Shown piece by piece: positions 1-13,310 of a stretch of 64,000 bases of DNA. Positions within the stretch are counted from its first letter, which is position 1; every line of letters starts with the position of its first letter. A program made the position numbers and the translations under genes. The notes below the pieces were generated by a model that worked only from the letters and a program-made list of their open reading frames with translations, had not been told where the DNA came from and searched no databases. Origin of the DNA: Camelus ferus (lineage: Eukaryota); assembly GCF_009834535.1 (NCBI RefSeq), contig NC_045696.1, positions 53,570,001 to 53,634,000 on the forward strand, written 5' to 3'.

Positions 1-1296
1 GTTGAGAGAAAGCCAGCACCACGTGTGCCCAGTGGAGCATATCTGCTGCATGGAAGTCAGACTGGGTGGGTTGCTGGAAGGATGGTCATTCAGGGATGGA
101 GACTCTGACCAATCTCTACAGGGAAAGCAGGATGCAAATCTCAAGAACTCTGGGCCAGAGGCCAAGGTGCTTTTTTCAAGCAGGAAAAAAATCAAACAAA
201 CCAAAAAACTAGCAAGAAAAAAGTTTCCAACAGCAGCTAATAAGCAAGACGCAGTAGTAACGATCATGGGGTGACTGGAAACTAAACAGAGAGAAATCCA
301 GCCTTTGAGAGAGCTGGATGTAGAGCCTCCAATACTCATCATGAAATAAAGAAGCTTTTGGCTGGATACAGAGCCCACGTTGTGATCAGCAGCAGCAAAC
401 GACTCAGTGACGAGCCCTGCCCTGGACTGAAAAACAAAGCCGAGGTTTATAGATCAGAAAGGGAGTTCAGGTTATCTAGACCCACAGTGCCCAGGGCAGC
501 TCGGTCCTTAGCAAGCTACTGCTTAATAAAAAGAATGAATTCTCCTTGTATCAATGGATAAAGTCAGTCTCGGATTGGAGACGTGACCCACTGAAGTTAA
601 CATGTTAGACAGTGCAGCATCACAGCCAAAACCCAGCTCCCTCCCAAGGCCGCAGCACAGCGCTACACTCTACACGCTGCTACCTAAGCCTGCAGAGCGG
701 TAAGGAGACTGCCTGGGGCTGAGGGCCAGGAAGTCCTGCTGCTGAGGTCAGTGGGGGTCAGCGAGCCCAGGCAGGCTTCGATGAACTGTCACCAAAAGTG
801 CTAGAAAGACAAAGCAGTCACCCTTTATATCAAGACAATTGAGAAAACTGCTCTGTTGGTCATTACTATTTGTACAGCAGTGGGGTTGTTCTTAATGGCG
901 TAGTTTTAGAAAAGATGCTATTCAAGAGTCTGAACTACTGAAAAATCACAGAGTTAAAAACATTACTAACTAGGGGTAGACCATATCTATGGAGATCAGA
1001 GCTACAGAGCACGAATTCTGTGCCTGAGTAAGCAATCAGCCCAAACTGGCCTCCAGGGTTGGTATCTTAATTCCCCTTTTGGCCTCTCAGACTTCCTGTG
1101 AGCCTTGGAGGTCTGGCTTCATTGACCTCTGGCAAAATTGCTGAAGTAAGTAACCTATTCCCCTCCCAGGGTCTCAACTCTTACCTCAGATTTTGTCCAT
1201 CTTGCTGAGGCCCCTGCACAGATTGCAGCAACTAATTCCTCTAAGGCATTTGCTGATAAGATTGAGTATTACCTCTTACCTGGGTTCTTATTTCCC

Positions 1297-1387
1297 CCAT
1301 CCTTCCCTCCCTCCCTCCTGCCTTCCTTTCTTCCTTCTCTCCTTCCTTCTTTTTTCCCCTTCCTTCCTTCTTTCCTTCCCTCCTTCC
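1297..1387. repeat. Pyrimidine-rich low-complexity tract, (TCCC)n/(TTCC)n
   Basis: Direct: ccttccctccctccctcctgccttcctttcttccttct... Confidence 0.9.
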
Positions 1388-2939
1388 AAACAGTATGTGC
1401 TTAACATGTCGCCATCTTTTAAGAGGCAAGGAAATGAATCTATGGCTGAAGAAACCCAGGCATAGACAGAACGAGTGAGCACAAAAGAATGAGGAGCAGC
1501 ACAGTCCTCTCACTGCTCCTAAACCACACCATGGGTTTAGGAGCTACTGGATAAAGAGCTACTGGAGCTTAGCCCTAGAACCGCGGGGCACTAAAAGAGA
1601 ACCCATACCCCAAGCCCCAGCAAACAGCTGGTTTATTTGTCGAAGGGTGAAAGATGAACAAATTTCCAGTGGACTTAAAATAGGGAAATTGAGGAGAGCT
1701 TGTCTACTAAATTACCAAGTAATAAAGAGGCATTCTTTCCTTCGCAGGACTACAAGTTGGACTGAAAAGCATCTTGCTAAGATGCTCTAAACCAAAAACT
1801 TCACCCATCCCCTTCCAAAACTTTTACATGGCTTTATAGAAAGCAGTTTCTTTTTTTTTTTTTCCATAACAACTCTCATCTTAAGGTCTGTATCAAATCC
1901 CAGTGTTCTACCTCATCTCAGAAGTTCCTTCTTCAGAAAATCATCCTTATTATTCTGTTCTCTCTCACCCTTGGCTAAGAACTAGGAGATCTTGTCTCTG
2001 AGTAGTTCAGCTCTCTCTAGTATTTTCTCTGCTGTGCAAGGACACACACTGCTTCCAAGGGGACATAAGACCACAGGTTGACTGATTTAGAGTTGTTTAG
2101 CCAGTGTCTCCTAGCAACCATTTAAGACAGAGAAAGAGTTTTTTCAAGTCACAGAGTCCCTTAGTACACAAAATAATATAAAACTTAAAATTCTTTCCTT
2201 CAGCAAATAAAAAGGAAACAACATCAAACATTAGAAAGAGGTTGAAGGAAACAAAAAAACAACAGTAGGAATGGGAGGTTTTCGCCACCTAAGCTCTGTA
2301 TGGGTTTGTCACTTTTTGTGTTATGATGACTATGTCATACAGAAACATGGCTATTATTCTGATGTCTATGTAGAACCAGGGCACTGACTGACAGGTAAGG
2401 TCAGGGGAGAAACTACTCACTGTAGGGGAGGGGGCCTGAATTTGTTAATAACACACATTGGCCTGTCTGGATCTATAATTTAGAGAGTCTAGCTGTATAG
2501 AAATGTAGTATTAGGTGCTGGCTACTAAGAGATGAAGAGAAGACTCAAGAAAGACTTTTTTTTTTGAAGTAATAAGCAGTAACCCGAGAAAGTAAGATAT
2601 GGCTTTTCAAATCACACTATCTCTAGTAGAGATTCTAAGATGATTATTTGTGGCCCATGTATGGACTCGAGAGAATCCATGAATTTTATTAATATACAAA
2701 ACCTCTACATGAGTGTTTATGTGTAGTTTAACCAGTAACGGAAGCTATGATTTACATCAGATTCTTAAATGTCTATAATAGCACAACAGTAAGACATGAG
2801 CCCTCTGTTGATTTTCCTTCAATGGTGTGTCGCTTGAATATTCCAGACTTGCCTCAGCTATGATATGGGCATTAAATGAAGGGTTCTTTATCTAGGCTAT
2901 GACCAGGGTACTAAAAGAGAAATCAAGTCTCATGGGCAT

Positions 2940-3490
2940 TTTTTTTTCTTGTTTATTCTGATATTTACCTCTATATTTTGGGAAGAGACAAAATAAAGCT
3001 TACTGCCACTTGTTGATTTTCCAGTTTTACATATTATCCATTAATCTCCTATTAAGAAAGATGAGAATTGAATCATTTAGCACATCACTTTCTCACCCAT
3101 CCCCACTTCCTCTATCCATAACCCGCAGTATAGTCAAATCACAACTGTCCCTAAAAGATGGGTATTCAGATTTTACATTTTCTGATCCTGTAAATACTTT
3201 TTGTAGCCTAGCCATGGAATGAATGTAGTGTGATCATTTTCTCTTTCCAGCATAATTTTTAAATTTTCCCCCCAATTGCCATATTTGTCATGTGTTTTAT
3301 TTGCCAAGTATTCACCACTAATTCATTTCTAAACTCGCTACCAAAAATGCAAATTTCATCCAAATGATTCAAACACATTAAGTCATCAGTTGGATCCACT
3401 CTCTTAAGACCCCTCCCCACTCTGATTGTGCCCGCGTCCTGCCTCCATCTGCACTGGTTCCTCACTAAGTCTGCTCACAGCTGCTCATGC
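2940..3490 (-). mobile_element. Ancient LINE fragment, HAL1/L1M-like
   Basis: The segment cctgcctccatctgcactggttcctcactaagtctgctcacagctg resembles the antisense HAL1 consensus as remembered; boundaries approximate. Confidence 0.4.
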
Positions 3491-4109
3491 ACATTTTTGA
3501 AATGGCAGCATTCACAGTAAGACAGTCTGTGGGAAGGTGGTCCTCAGAAGCAAGGTGGCATTGCATGGTTCAGCTCCTCCTTCTCCATAATGAAGTATCT
3601 CAGCAGTGCTGGCCTTAGAAGTATGACTGTTACTTTTATCCCAAATGGTGTTATTTCATAACAAGGACTAAGAGGACTTCTGTACACAATGCCTAGAACT
3701 AGATGCAAATGAAAGGCCAATTGGCATCAGCTAGCTTCCTTTAATAGATAACACAGATTTTTTAGTAATAGATCTGAACTGTAAATATACTATCATCCTA
3801 CCTCCACAAAGAGATGACAATGAAAGGCAAACTGAAGCAGCACTTGTCGGACTATCAAGGAAGCACACATCCTGGAATGCCTTGGTTTCCTCAGTGTCTG
3901 TCACAGCTGCCCCGCCCACCTCACAGGATAGCTACAAGGCCAAATGTTCAGTGAATGTGAGAGCATTTTACAAACACCAAAGGGTGTTTCATTATCGCTG
4001 TGTATATATATCAGCGCCAGGATCCATTAAGCATTCCCCTAGTGGAAAGGAAAAATGGCTCAAACATCAGGCAGTCTGGCAAGATGAATCGTAACTCTAA
4101 ATATGTGCT

Positions 4110-4560
4110 TTCTTAGACACAGCAATTCCATGAAAAATATCCAAAATTATATACCAGAATATAATCAAATTAATATTAAAGTTATATTTTTAAGAAGGTT
4201 CATGAGTACTGTTTACAAGAACATAAAACTAAAAGTAACCAAAATGGTCATTAATAAGGAAGTGATTGAAGAAATGATAGTAACATACAATAGAAATATG
4301 TACAGCCATTAAAAATGACTATGTAGGTCTGTCTTTGTTGACATAGAAATCTGTAATATGTTTATTGAAAAAAGGGAAAGTAAAATATATCATATACTCC
4401 AGTTTTCGTCTATGTTAGCAAAGAAAAATATTGAACCTATATATAATACAAAATGTTAAGAGTGGTTGTCTTTGGATAGGGTCTTATAAGAGATCATTTT
4501 ATCTTTGTTTTTATGTTTGTACTATCTTATTATCAGATTTTTATTTTACAAAGACACAAA
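4110..4560 (+). mobile_element. Old L1 (L1ME/L1MC-like) 3' end fragment
   Basis: L1 3' motifs acagcaattcca..., tacagccattaaaaatgactatgtag, aacaaaatgttaagagtggttgtctttgg. Confidence 0.55.
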
Positions 4561-4908
4561 CTCAGAAAAATCAGAGTTTGAGATCACAAATCTGGCCCCT
4601 TGGTTCAGAGGCCCGAAATTAAGTCAATGCATGTAAATTCAGATTATTTAAACAGTTTTATACTGTATATGCAAATTCTGTTGTGTCAATTTGTTTTTTA
4701 AGGTAAATATCCATAAATTTGATATTAATATTCATGTACCTAAATTTACAATTTGATCTAAAGAAGTGGGTTTGAAATACATGGCAATTTTTTAAAAAAA
4801 AGCAACCTTTAATTAGGGAAAAATTGGAGATTCAGGGAATGTGTTTTAATTGAGGAAGTAAGCATATTAACCAGCAATTAGAAATATATACACAATTTTC
4901 ATGTGGAT

Positions 4909-5466
4909 TGTTAGGTAGTTAGATAAGTAGGGGCACCAGGCAGACAGGTGGAGGAGAGGGAGTGTGGTCCAAAAGATGGTGTTATGCCCACCTCCAGCAT
5001 AAAGGGACTTTACTTTCTTCTAAATGAGAGCCATCAAGAAACCGGTTAGAATCCAACAGCCACAACTGCGTGGCAGTAGAAAGGACTTACCCAGACACAA
5101 CCCAGTGTTCACTGTATTATACTTAACATTGCAGTTTAGCTCCCCTACTCCTGACCCTGTGGGTTTTCCTGTATACACCATGGATAAGGACATGCGCAAA
5201 GGGGCCAAACATGACCAAGCATTCCAGGGACAAGAGCTGTCAATCCATCAATAGACCACCTCTAAGTGAGGATATAAGAGAAAGGGGAGACAAAAACCAC
5301 TGCTTTTCCTCTCTTGGATCAGCCCGCCTCCCGTTCCTGGACGTGTACTTTTCCTTTTTCATATAAATCTTTAAAAATCTTTCATTACACAATGCACCAT
5401 TTTCTGACTGTAAATGTTATCTTTCAGGTATAACAAGAACCAGGGTCTTTACTTTTAGGGGTAACA
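4909..5466 (+). mobile_element. Solo LTR, ERV1-class (558 bp)
   Basis: Begins TGTTA and ends TAACA (terminal inverted repeat). Perfect 4-bp TSD GGAT at 4905-4908 and 5467-5470. TATA-like gatataag near 5271 is followed by a typical R/U5 region (ctctcttgg...gtgtacttt...aagaacc). 4-bp TSDs are typical of class I ERVs. Confidence 0.85.
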
Positions 5467-8400
5467 GGATCACGGGAGTACGGAGCATGTTCACTACAGT
5501 GTATTATAGATTAGTTATCATATGTCCTCACTGCAAAAATGTGGCTTGGAATTCCTAATGTTCATTCACACTACAGAAAAATACTATTTATTTGTGTGTG
5601 TCTTCCTGAAACAATAGAGTAAAATATAAGAAATGGATATTTGTATCACGTTTAGCCGCATTTTACACAAGATGCTAATTTCTTTCTTTCAGTCTTGCTG
5701 TGACATTTTTATATTTTTGTACCTGCTAACCCAGCAAGCTTGATGAGAAGATAGGAGATTTTCAAACAGGAAAAGGACATTCATTCTCATCTTTGTGTAA
5801 GTGAACAACTACACGTGGAAAAAGAATAAGGAAATAAAAGCCTAAAGGTAATTATTTTGTCTTTTACAAGGCTTAATGTACAGAGACCCAGTAGGAATGA
5901 AGACAGGGGCCTGGGTAGCAGCTTCCCCTCCTGGATTTGTAGCTGCCCTCCACATCTGCCCATCATGTCATCGGGGGTCCCACTGTGAAAGCTCTGGACT
6001 GAATATTAATGGTACTCAAAACCCACGTCCATCTCCTCTTCTTTTCCTTTTAAGCTGTGAATACATTAGCATCTCTGGCTGACTGAGTGCCCAGCAGCAA
6101 CCCACAATCTCTCCAAGGCTAAAATTAAAACATAAAAAATGCATTTTTGAATGCTATGTCACAATGCCACCCATATAGATGGAATGCTAGAAACTGCACC
6201 TGGAAATATCATTCACTGTTTCATTCCCCCATTAAATGTGCCATCTTTCAGAATGAAAGCCGCTGACTTTTGCTTAGACTTCTTACCATTCAGCAAGGGC
6301 AGCATGAAGCCTGACACAAAAATCAACACAGACCTAGAAGCACCAGAAAGGGCAGGAGAGCTTCACAGCTGCTTTAAGATAAACTCATTACTTACTTAAC
6401 AGCGCTTCCTAAATCCAAACTGCTAGTGTGATGTCTCTAACTGCTTGGGGTCAGTACATTGTCAAAACAACGGGTACCGCTTGGTATTTTTAATTTGCAG
6501 TTTTCTAGTGCTATTTGGGAGTTGGAATGCTTTTTCATATTATATGGCCATTTTCCCACTAGTTTTAATTTCATCCAAGGAGTCTGCAGAGTGGACATAG
6601 GGGAAATGTGCTTTTGGGTGCTCACAGGCTAGGGACTAACATCCCATAGGAAGGCGGTTTAATCGGCACTCTCCAAGTCAGCATTCTATCAGGCTTGCGA
6701 CTTTCCAAGTTCCAGCCAAGTATCAGTCAGCTCAACTTCTACAAAGGCAGAGAGGAAAGAGGGGTACATGCTGCAGAATGATTTATTGGGGTTAGTAATG
6801 CTGGGACAGCACAAAAACCCCATAAATATTCTTCTTAATGTTTTACTTTATATGACAGCCTTCAAGTGATATATTGTCTGACAATTTTCAAGATGACTAT
6901 ATAAACACATTTTTGGCTGCAGCCTAATATGTGATGAAGTCTCCACAGGCTAATATATGGAACCAGGGTGTGTTCTAGTATGCACAGTTCTGATAGCAGA
7001 GATTTCTGTATCTAAAAAAAAAATCTATCTTGACTGCACTGTGGGCTTCTTCTTGGCATCTCAAAAGCAAAAAAAAAAAGTGAAAGGAAATGAAGAAAAC
7101 AGTCAACAATACTATATGACACGTGTTTCCATTCTTAACCAACCCGAGTATCTAATTTTCTGCATAAACAGAACTCACAGCATTAGAATCTCCTTTCACA
7201 TCTTTATGAGATCCTTACACCTAGCCAATGTTTTGATACTGCCTTTTAAACTCAACATTTAAAATTAGATAGATGATTAATTTTTTCCTGGGAAGGCAGT
7301 CATCAAAGACACGAAAAGTACAGCAGCCCTGCAGGAAGACTCCTAGTGTCCACTGAAATGGGATACCGTCACACGAACAAGTATGTATTATTCTGTTCCT
7401 GAAAATTGGCCAGAATTGGATACTCTATATAATTTTAGCATGAACCGCACTGTGCCTTGCAGCGAATGAGTGGGGAGGAGGAAGCCATCTGGAAATAAGG
7501 AAATTCAGGTTCTAAGGAATAATCCTAAGGTAGATGTGATAATTTCAAGAGAAGAGAGATTGAAGTCCACATTGCCGGATTCAGAGTTACACCGGGAATC
7601 CTCTAGGCTTGGGCCAGGTTTCCCAAAGGTATGATTTAACAGAAGAGAAAGAAGGGAGGTCAAAGGAGGGACTGGCTTGATACCCAGCGGTAGGTGAGGG
7701 AACTGAGTGTGCTTTCAGGAAGCTGCAGTGGGGTTTAAGCAAGGCAGCAGCCAGCGACTAATGACACTGGGAACAGGATCTAGACCCTGGAGGAAGAGAT
7801 CTTCAGGAGCCAGAAGGAGGCTCCGAGCCCTAGACAACTGGGCTGGGGCTCGGGGGCTGTTGTAAGAGGCCCAGAAGAGCGAGGAGCTTAGAAGCATGGA
7901 ATGAAAATACAGAAGCAAGAGGAGGAGGGGAGTGTGAATAGAGAAAGGCGGCTCAGCTTGGTGCTGATGCAGTCCTTGGGAGAAAAGGGACACCTGGCAT
8001 AGGGCTACAGACTAATTTTCTTATTCCTGCTGGTAGAGAATTAGTTTCTAATATACCACCAGGCCTGAATCTTAATGATTCAGGAATTAGGCAAAGCTGA
8101 GCAATCTGTTGGGAGCTCTTCAGTAGCCACAGCTGGGAGTACAGTGGCAGGCACTAACAAAGAAGTCCATACATAGCTGGGATCTTTTTTATTTTAGGAA
8201 CTTTAAAATAAATGGGAGAATCCATTTAAAGGGACACATTCGATGCCTCAAGAATACATAAAGCTTAACTATTTAGAGGAAGAGAATTTGTGCAGTGGGA
8301 TTTTTTTTTTTTTTTTTTTTTTTGGTCAGTTGCAAACAGATAAGCCACACATCCAAGAATTATTCTGTAGGGTCTAGCATGCATTCAGTCTGGTCTGACC

Positions 8401-8514
8401 ACACTTTTAAGGGAAATGCGTTTCTAGTGCAAGGCCTCAATTCTGCTTTCAGTATCGGAAGAAATGCAGTATTAGTATGACTACTTCCTCACTTGCAAAA
8501 TACAGACTCGGGAG

Positions 8515-8586
8515 AGGAGGGTCTAGAAGGTGAACAAGAAGGTCTTTGAGGTCCCTTCCACCTCTAACGTTCTATGATTCTATGAC
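8515..8586 (+). mobile_element. CR1/L3- or MIR3-type 3' tail
   Basis: gaggtcccttccacctctaacgttctatgattctatga matches the CR1/L3/MIR3 3' end with its ATTCTRTG repeats. Confidence 0.75.
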
Positions 8587-9259
8587 TCATTCATTCATGT
8601 AGCACACTGGCACTACCAGGGTCTACACCTCTAAGACAAAGGAGAATTCCATCTGCACAAGGACTGTTTGGAGAGGAGGGAGACTCGATGCTTCTTTGCT
8701 TCCTGCATGTGGTTAGTCAATAGTGAGAGAGCCTGCACTTTCCCGGTCCCTCCACTAATCCAGGCCATTCACCTGTCAGGGAGATGGTAGAGTTTACTGA
8801 AAAGAAGACAAAGTGCTCTAATACCAAATCAGATGAATTCTGAATTAATCTACACTCATTGAATCAGAATGTCTTCTGGAAAGGCGGAAGCTGGAAAGCC
8901 TGAGGTATAGCAACTGAGCCTGATTTGGTCAGAATGCCTCCTAATCCTATATAATGCTGCTCAAATTAACATAGCATCACTTCCCTTCATGAAGATGAGC
9001 TCAGTTTCTCAAAGGCCTTTCAAGAGGAAAAACGATGACTTTTCCAAGCAGTGAAGCTGACAAACACTGCACAGGCACTGTTGATTTTTATTTACCAGAG
9101 CACTTAAATATTCTTTAAGAAATTCTTAAATATCCTATAACTACTTTGATAGATGTTCTCATTTTATGCAGTTTCAGTTCAATAACCATTGATTGAGCAA
9201 AAGAGAGTAAAATGGGGGGCAGTAACAGTATCTGCTCTCATGGTACTTACCAGTCACAT

Positions 9260-9564
9260 CTATGCTGTCCGATAGTCACTACCCAAACGCGGCTACTGAG
9301 CACTTGAAATGTGGCTGGTCTGTGCTGAGATTTCATCTAATGTTAAATACACATCAGGTTTCAAAGATTAGGTACAAAAAAATAGAATGTGAAATATGTC
9401 ATTAATTTGTATTGAATGATAACACTCTGGATACATGAGGTAAATAAAACATTAAAATTAATTTCCACTTTTTTAACATTTCATAATGTGGCTATTAGAA
9501 AAGTTAAAATTACATATGTGGCTGACATTAATGGCTTGCATTATGTTCTTCCTGGACAGCACTC
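9260..9564 (-). mobile_element. MER33 (hAT-Charlie non-autonomous DNA transposon)
   Basis: Termini ctatgctgtccga... and ...tggacagcact; internal gagcacttgaaatgtggct and atgtggctattagaaaagttaaaattacatatgtggct match the reverse MER33 consensus. Confidence 0.8.
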
Positions 9565-9699
9565 ATCCATAATCTGGCTGAGATAGAACAAGTAAACTAA
9601 AAACCTTTGAGACAACATGTCAAGTGCTAAAAGAGGCCACAAGTGAATTATTATGGAAATTTGGAGAGAGTATTAGTCATCTGGCAGAAATTTTCCCCA

Positions 9700-10950
9700 T
9701 CTCCCTGCCCCCAAACCTATACATTCCTTGGAATCCACGTCTAATCTTCTGTGCCTCCTGGTGCTACAAATAGTTAATTAGCCTCGTGTCTAAGCTAATG
9801 CGCTGTGGTGCTTTACCTTCTTCTCGGAGACTTAGTTAACAAGGGTTTTCCCTCTCTTCTGTATTTTTAGTTTTGACCTTTCTACTAGGCCTTTCTCTGT
9901 ATTCTGTAAACATTTTATCTCTTTCATAACTTAGAACATCTTTTCAAACTATGTTTACCTTGAGCTACCAATATCCCTTCTACTCCTTCATAGCCAGTCG
10001 TCTTGTACCAGTTCTTAGTTGCCGTGTCATCATTTCACATCCCACTCACATTTCAATTCAAGGCAGTCTTGCTCTGCCACCCATGTGTCTGCTGAAGATG
10101 CTTTTTCCAGAGCTACCAATGATTTCCTTTTAGCTAAATTCAGTGGGCACTCCTCATTTGTTATCTTACACAACTTCTTAGAAGCATTAAACTCTAGTGA
10201 TCAAGCCCTGCCTTATTTCTTGCCAATATGCTAGCATATTTTTCTGGTTTTTCCTCCCACTTCTTTGGCCATTTCTGCTTAGATTCCTTGACCATTCCTT
10301 AAATACTGGTATTCTTTGGGGTTAGTTTTTGGTTCTCACTTCTGCATACTCATCTTGAGTGATATCACGTTCTGTTATTGAGTTAGTACCATGAGTATAC
10401 CGAAGATGATCAAATCTAAATTCTCAGGCGCTCTCTCTCTCCTTGTTCTGGAAATCCACCTTCCTACTGGATAAACTTCCCTACTGCACTTCAATGAAAA
10501 CTATTATGAGCTCTTACTTCTTCCTTGTGTCAACTTTCAGCACGTCTTTCCTGTGTTCTATGTGTAGATCTCTGGGAAATTCTGTGTATCCCTCAAATAT
10601 TCTATGTCCTTTCTCACCTTTGGGCCTTCACACATCTTTTCCATCTGTATCGAGCCTTCATCCCTCTTCCTTATTCATCATCCTGACATGTGGTGAATTC
10701 TTACTCCAGCCTTGGCACAGATGTCAGTTTTTCTTAGAATCCTGTTTCCACTGCTTGAGCCTAGGCTAAGTTCAATTTCGATGGGTCCCCAGAGAAACCT
10801 GTGGTTCCTCCATATACATTGTTGCGCTTCTCTTTTACCTCTCCTTGGACTTAAAAATCCTGAAGGCACAAATTATTCACCATGTATTTCCAGCTACTAA
10901 TGCTGTGCCAAGCATATGGTAAGCTCATCAATTAAAGTGTATTGTCTGTG
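9700..10950 (+). mobile_element. Degraded L2 LINE fragments
   Basis: C/T-rich L2 ORF2/3' motifs (accaatgatttccttttagctaaattcagtgggcac; 3' end gcatatggtaagctcatcaattaaag). Confidence 0.6.
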
Positions 10951-12526
10951 AAAAGAAGTTCAGATGGATAGAATGAATGGTTTCCTGGCAGAAATGGCAT
11001 TTTAGCTGGATCTTGATAGATGATGAAATTTTATCAGTTGAGGAGATTTTATTTTAAACAGTGGGAATAACAAAATCAACTGGCTGAACAAACATTGATA
11101 GGGATCCAGGAAACATTTATAGGCCAGTTGGGAAGCTGATCAAATATATATGGAAGGAGTAGTATAGGATAAGATCAGAGGAAAATCTTGTTATGAAAGA
11201 CCTTGAATGCCAGGCCAAATTTGTATTTTGTTTTAGAGTTAACAGAGACTAAAAGGAGATCACAAAAGACTTTTCAGAAGGAATGACATGGTGATGTTTA
11301 TTATGTATACATCATAGGTATACTGAAATGGCTGATTTGAAATTAAGAAAGAAAGTAATTCAACATGGCTTAGGGCTTTCTATTATATTAGTGATGTTTA
11401 TTAAAAAATAAGTAGCAGTATTAAGTAGGATGAATAAGAGTAAAGATTTTGAAATTTCAATAATAGTAAAAGCTAAAATCTCTTACTATAGTGTAAATAT
11501 CTGGGGTGATGGAAAGTAGAAGAAAAAGGAAAAATGAATGGGTGATGAAGAGAAACAAGAAAAAGGCTTAGCGTCTGAATGAGGGTAGCCAAGTAGAAAC
11601 AACTGAAATCAGGCCAAAATAGGCCTTGAATATAAGCCATAATTATCTTCAAGCACAAATGATCACCAGGAACCGCATAACCCTGCTAATGTGTAAATAT
11701 GGCCACACGTGTTTGTGAAAGCAAACACCCAGGCTGGCTCATTAGTGTCTCCTGCAGTTGAATCAGCAGAGAGAGGAAGAATTTTTTTCTCATTTAGGCA
11801 GAGAGAGAAGTCCAGAAAGGGCAAGCTAAGTACCATTTTCATCTAGGAATTTGGACTAGATTGATGGGTTCTCAGAAATTGGAAAGCGTTGATCTTTCTC
11901 CCTGAAGAATTAAGGGAAAAGGAAATGGCTCAGAACAGTGTACCATCAAGGGCAACCATTTTCTCCACATTCTCTTGAAAATCAAGCCATCATATGGAAT
12001 GGCAAATAGGCATTACTAGTTTGAATAAAATAGCATATAATGGCAAGTGGCAGAAACTGTCAAGGGTCACTCAAAAACTTAACTTTTCCCCATAGAAAGT
12101 TGGGCTACACTTTTCCAAAACACATGTATTACATATGCTTCAATAACTCTGCTCCCCTCAAAATGTTTACCTTTAAGAAGCCATCTCTATTTGGATGAGG
12201 TGAAGGGGTTTCTGGCTGTTAAGTAGGAAGAGACACAGGAAGAGAGAAAGCCTTACCCCATGTTGAATTACTTTTTTCTTAATTTCAAATCAGGCTTTAA
12301 TAGGCATATGATCAAGATAGTTCTAGGAGGGTGTTTTCTTGTAAGCTAACAAAATGCGAGACAGGGCGCAGAAGACATGGTAGGCAGCCACAGAGCCTAG
12401 GTTCTAGTGCTCAGTCTATTTCTGTCGCATAGGTTTTGTGATCAGGGGTGAGCTAACACTCTTATAACTGCATAATATTTAAGATCCATCTAAAGCTAAC
12501 ATTCTTGTAAAGTTAAAAAACCAAAA

Positions 12527-12562
12527 CACCACCACCACCACCACCACCAACAACAACAACAA
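12527..12562. repeat. Compound trinucleotide microsatellite (CAC)n(CAA)n
   Basis: Direct: caccaccaccaccaccaccaccaacaacaacaaca. Confidence 0.9.
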
Positions 12563-12564
12563 AA

Positions 12565-13310
12565 CTTCGGTCTTTGTCGTAGGTTCTGGGGACAAAGCTT
12601 CAAAAATACTTGGAAATTCCCAAGTATGGAAGTGTCTTGGTTATTCAGGAACCCACGGGAGGGATCACACCTGAGACTACACTCATGATAGTCATTATAG
12701 GCCCAAGATAGCTGCAAGATGGGGCTTGAGCACCAGGAAGGCCAACCAGATGATTAAGAGTTGGGACTTTGAGGCAGCCTGACCTCTCAGGGAGGGAAAG
12801 GAGGCTAGAGATTGAAGTTCAATCATCTGGCCAATGATTTAAATCAACTGTGCCTACATAATGAAACCCCCATATGGCCTCTGGACACTGAGCTCCAATG
12901 GGGCTTCCTGGTGAATGGACAAACTGTCATGCCATCAGGGTGACACATCCTGACTTCACGAAGAGAGGGCACTGAAACTTTGTGCTTTAGACCCTCCCAA
13001 ATCTTGCCTTATGTGTCTGGTCCTAATTTGTATCCTTTGTAATAAAACTATAATTATATGTATTGCACTTTCCTGAGTTCTGCACGGTGTTAGGCAGACT
13101 AACCTTGAGGGGATCACAGGAAACCCTGAATTTGTTGCCAGTCAGTCACAAGTTCCAAGTGAGTCTGGAAACTCTCTATATGCAGCTGGCATCTAAAGTA
13201 AGGACATTCCTGTTGGGGACCATAGCCTTAAACATGGTGAAGTCTGACCCCAACTCTGAAGTATTTAGTGCCAGAATTGAATAGCAATACACCAGTTGGT
13301 GTCAGAATAA
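12565..13310 (+). mobile_element. MER21-family LTR (MER21C-like)
   Basis: Diagnostic ggctagagattgaagttcaatcatctggccaatgatttaaatcaactgtgcctacataatgaaaccccc, AATAAA near 13041, and a 3' ttagtgccagaattgaat...ccagttggtgtcag. Confidence 0.75.

Noticed and set aside
5101..5110. cccagtgttc, matching the start of miR-199-5p
   Set aside because: The match ends after about 11 nt, lies inside an LTR, and has no hairpin partner
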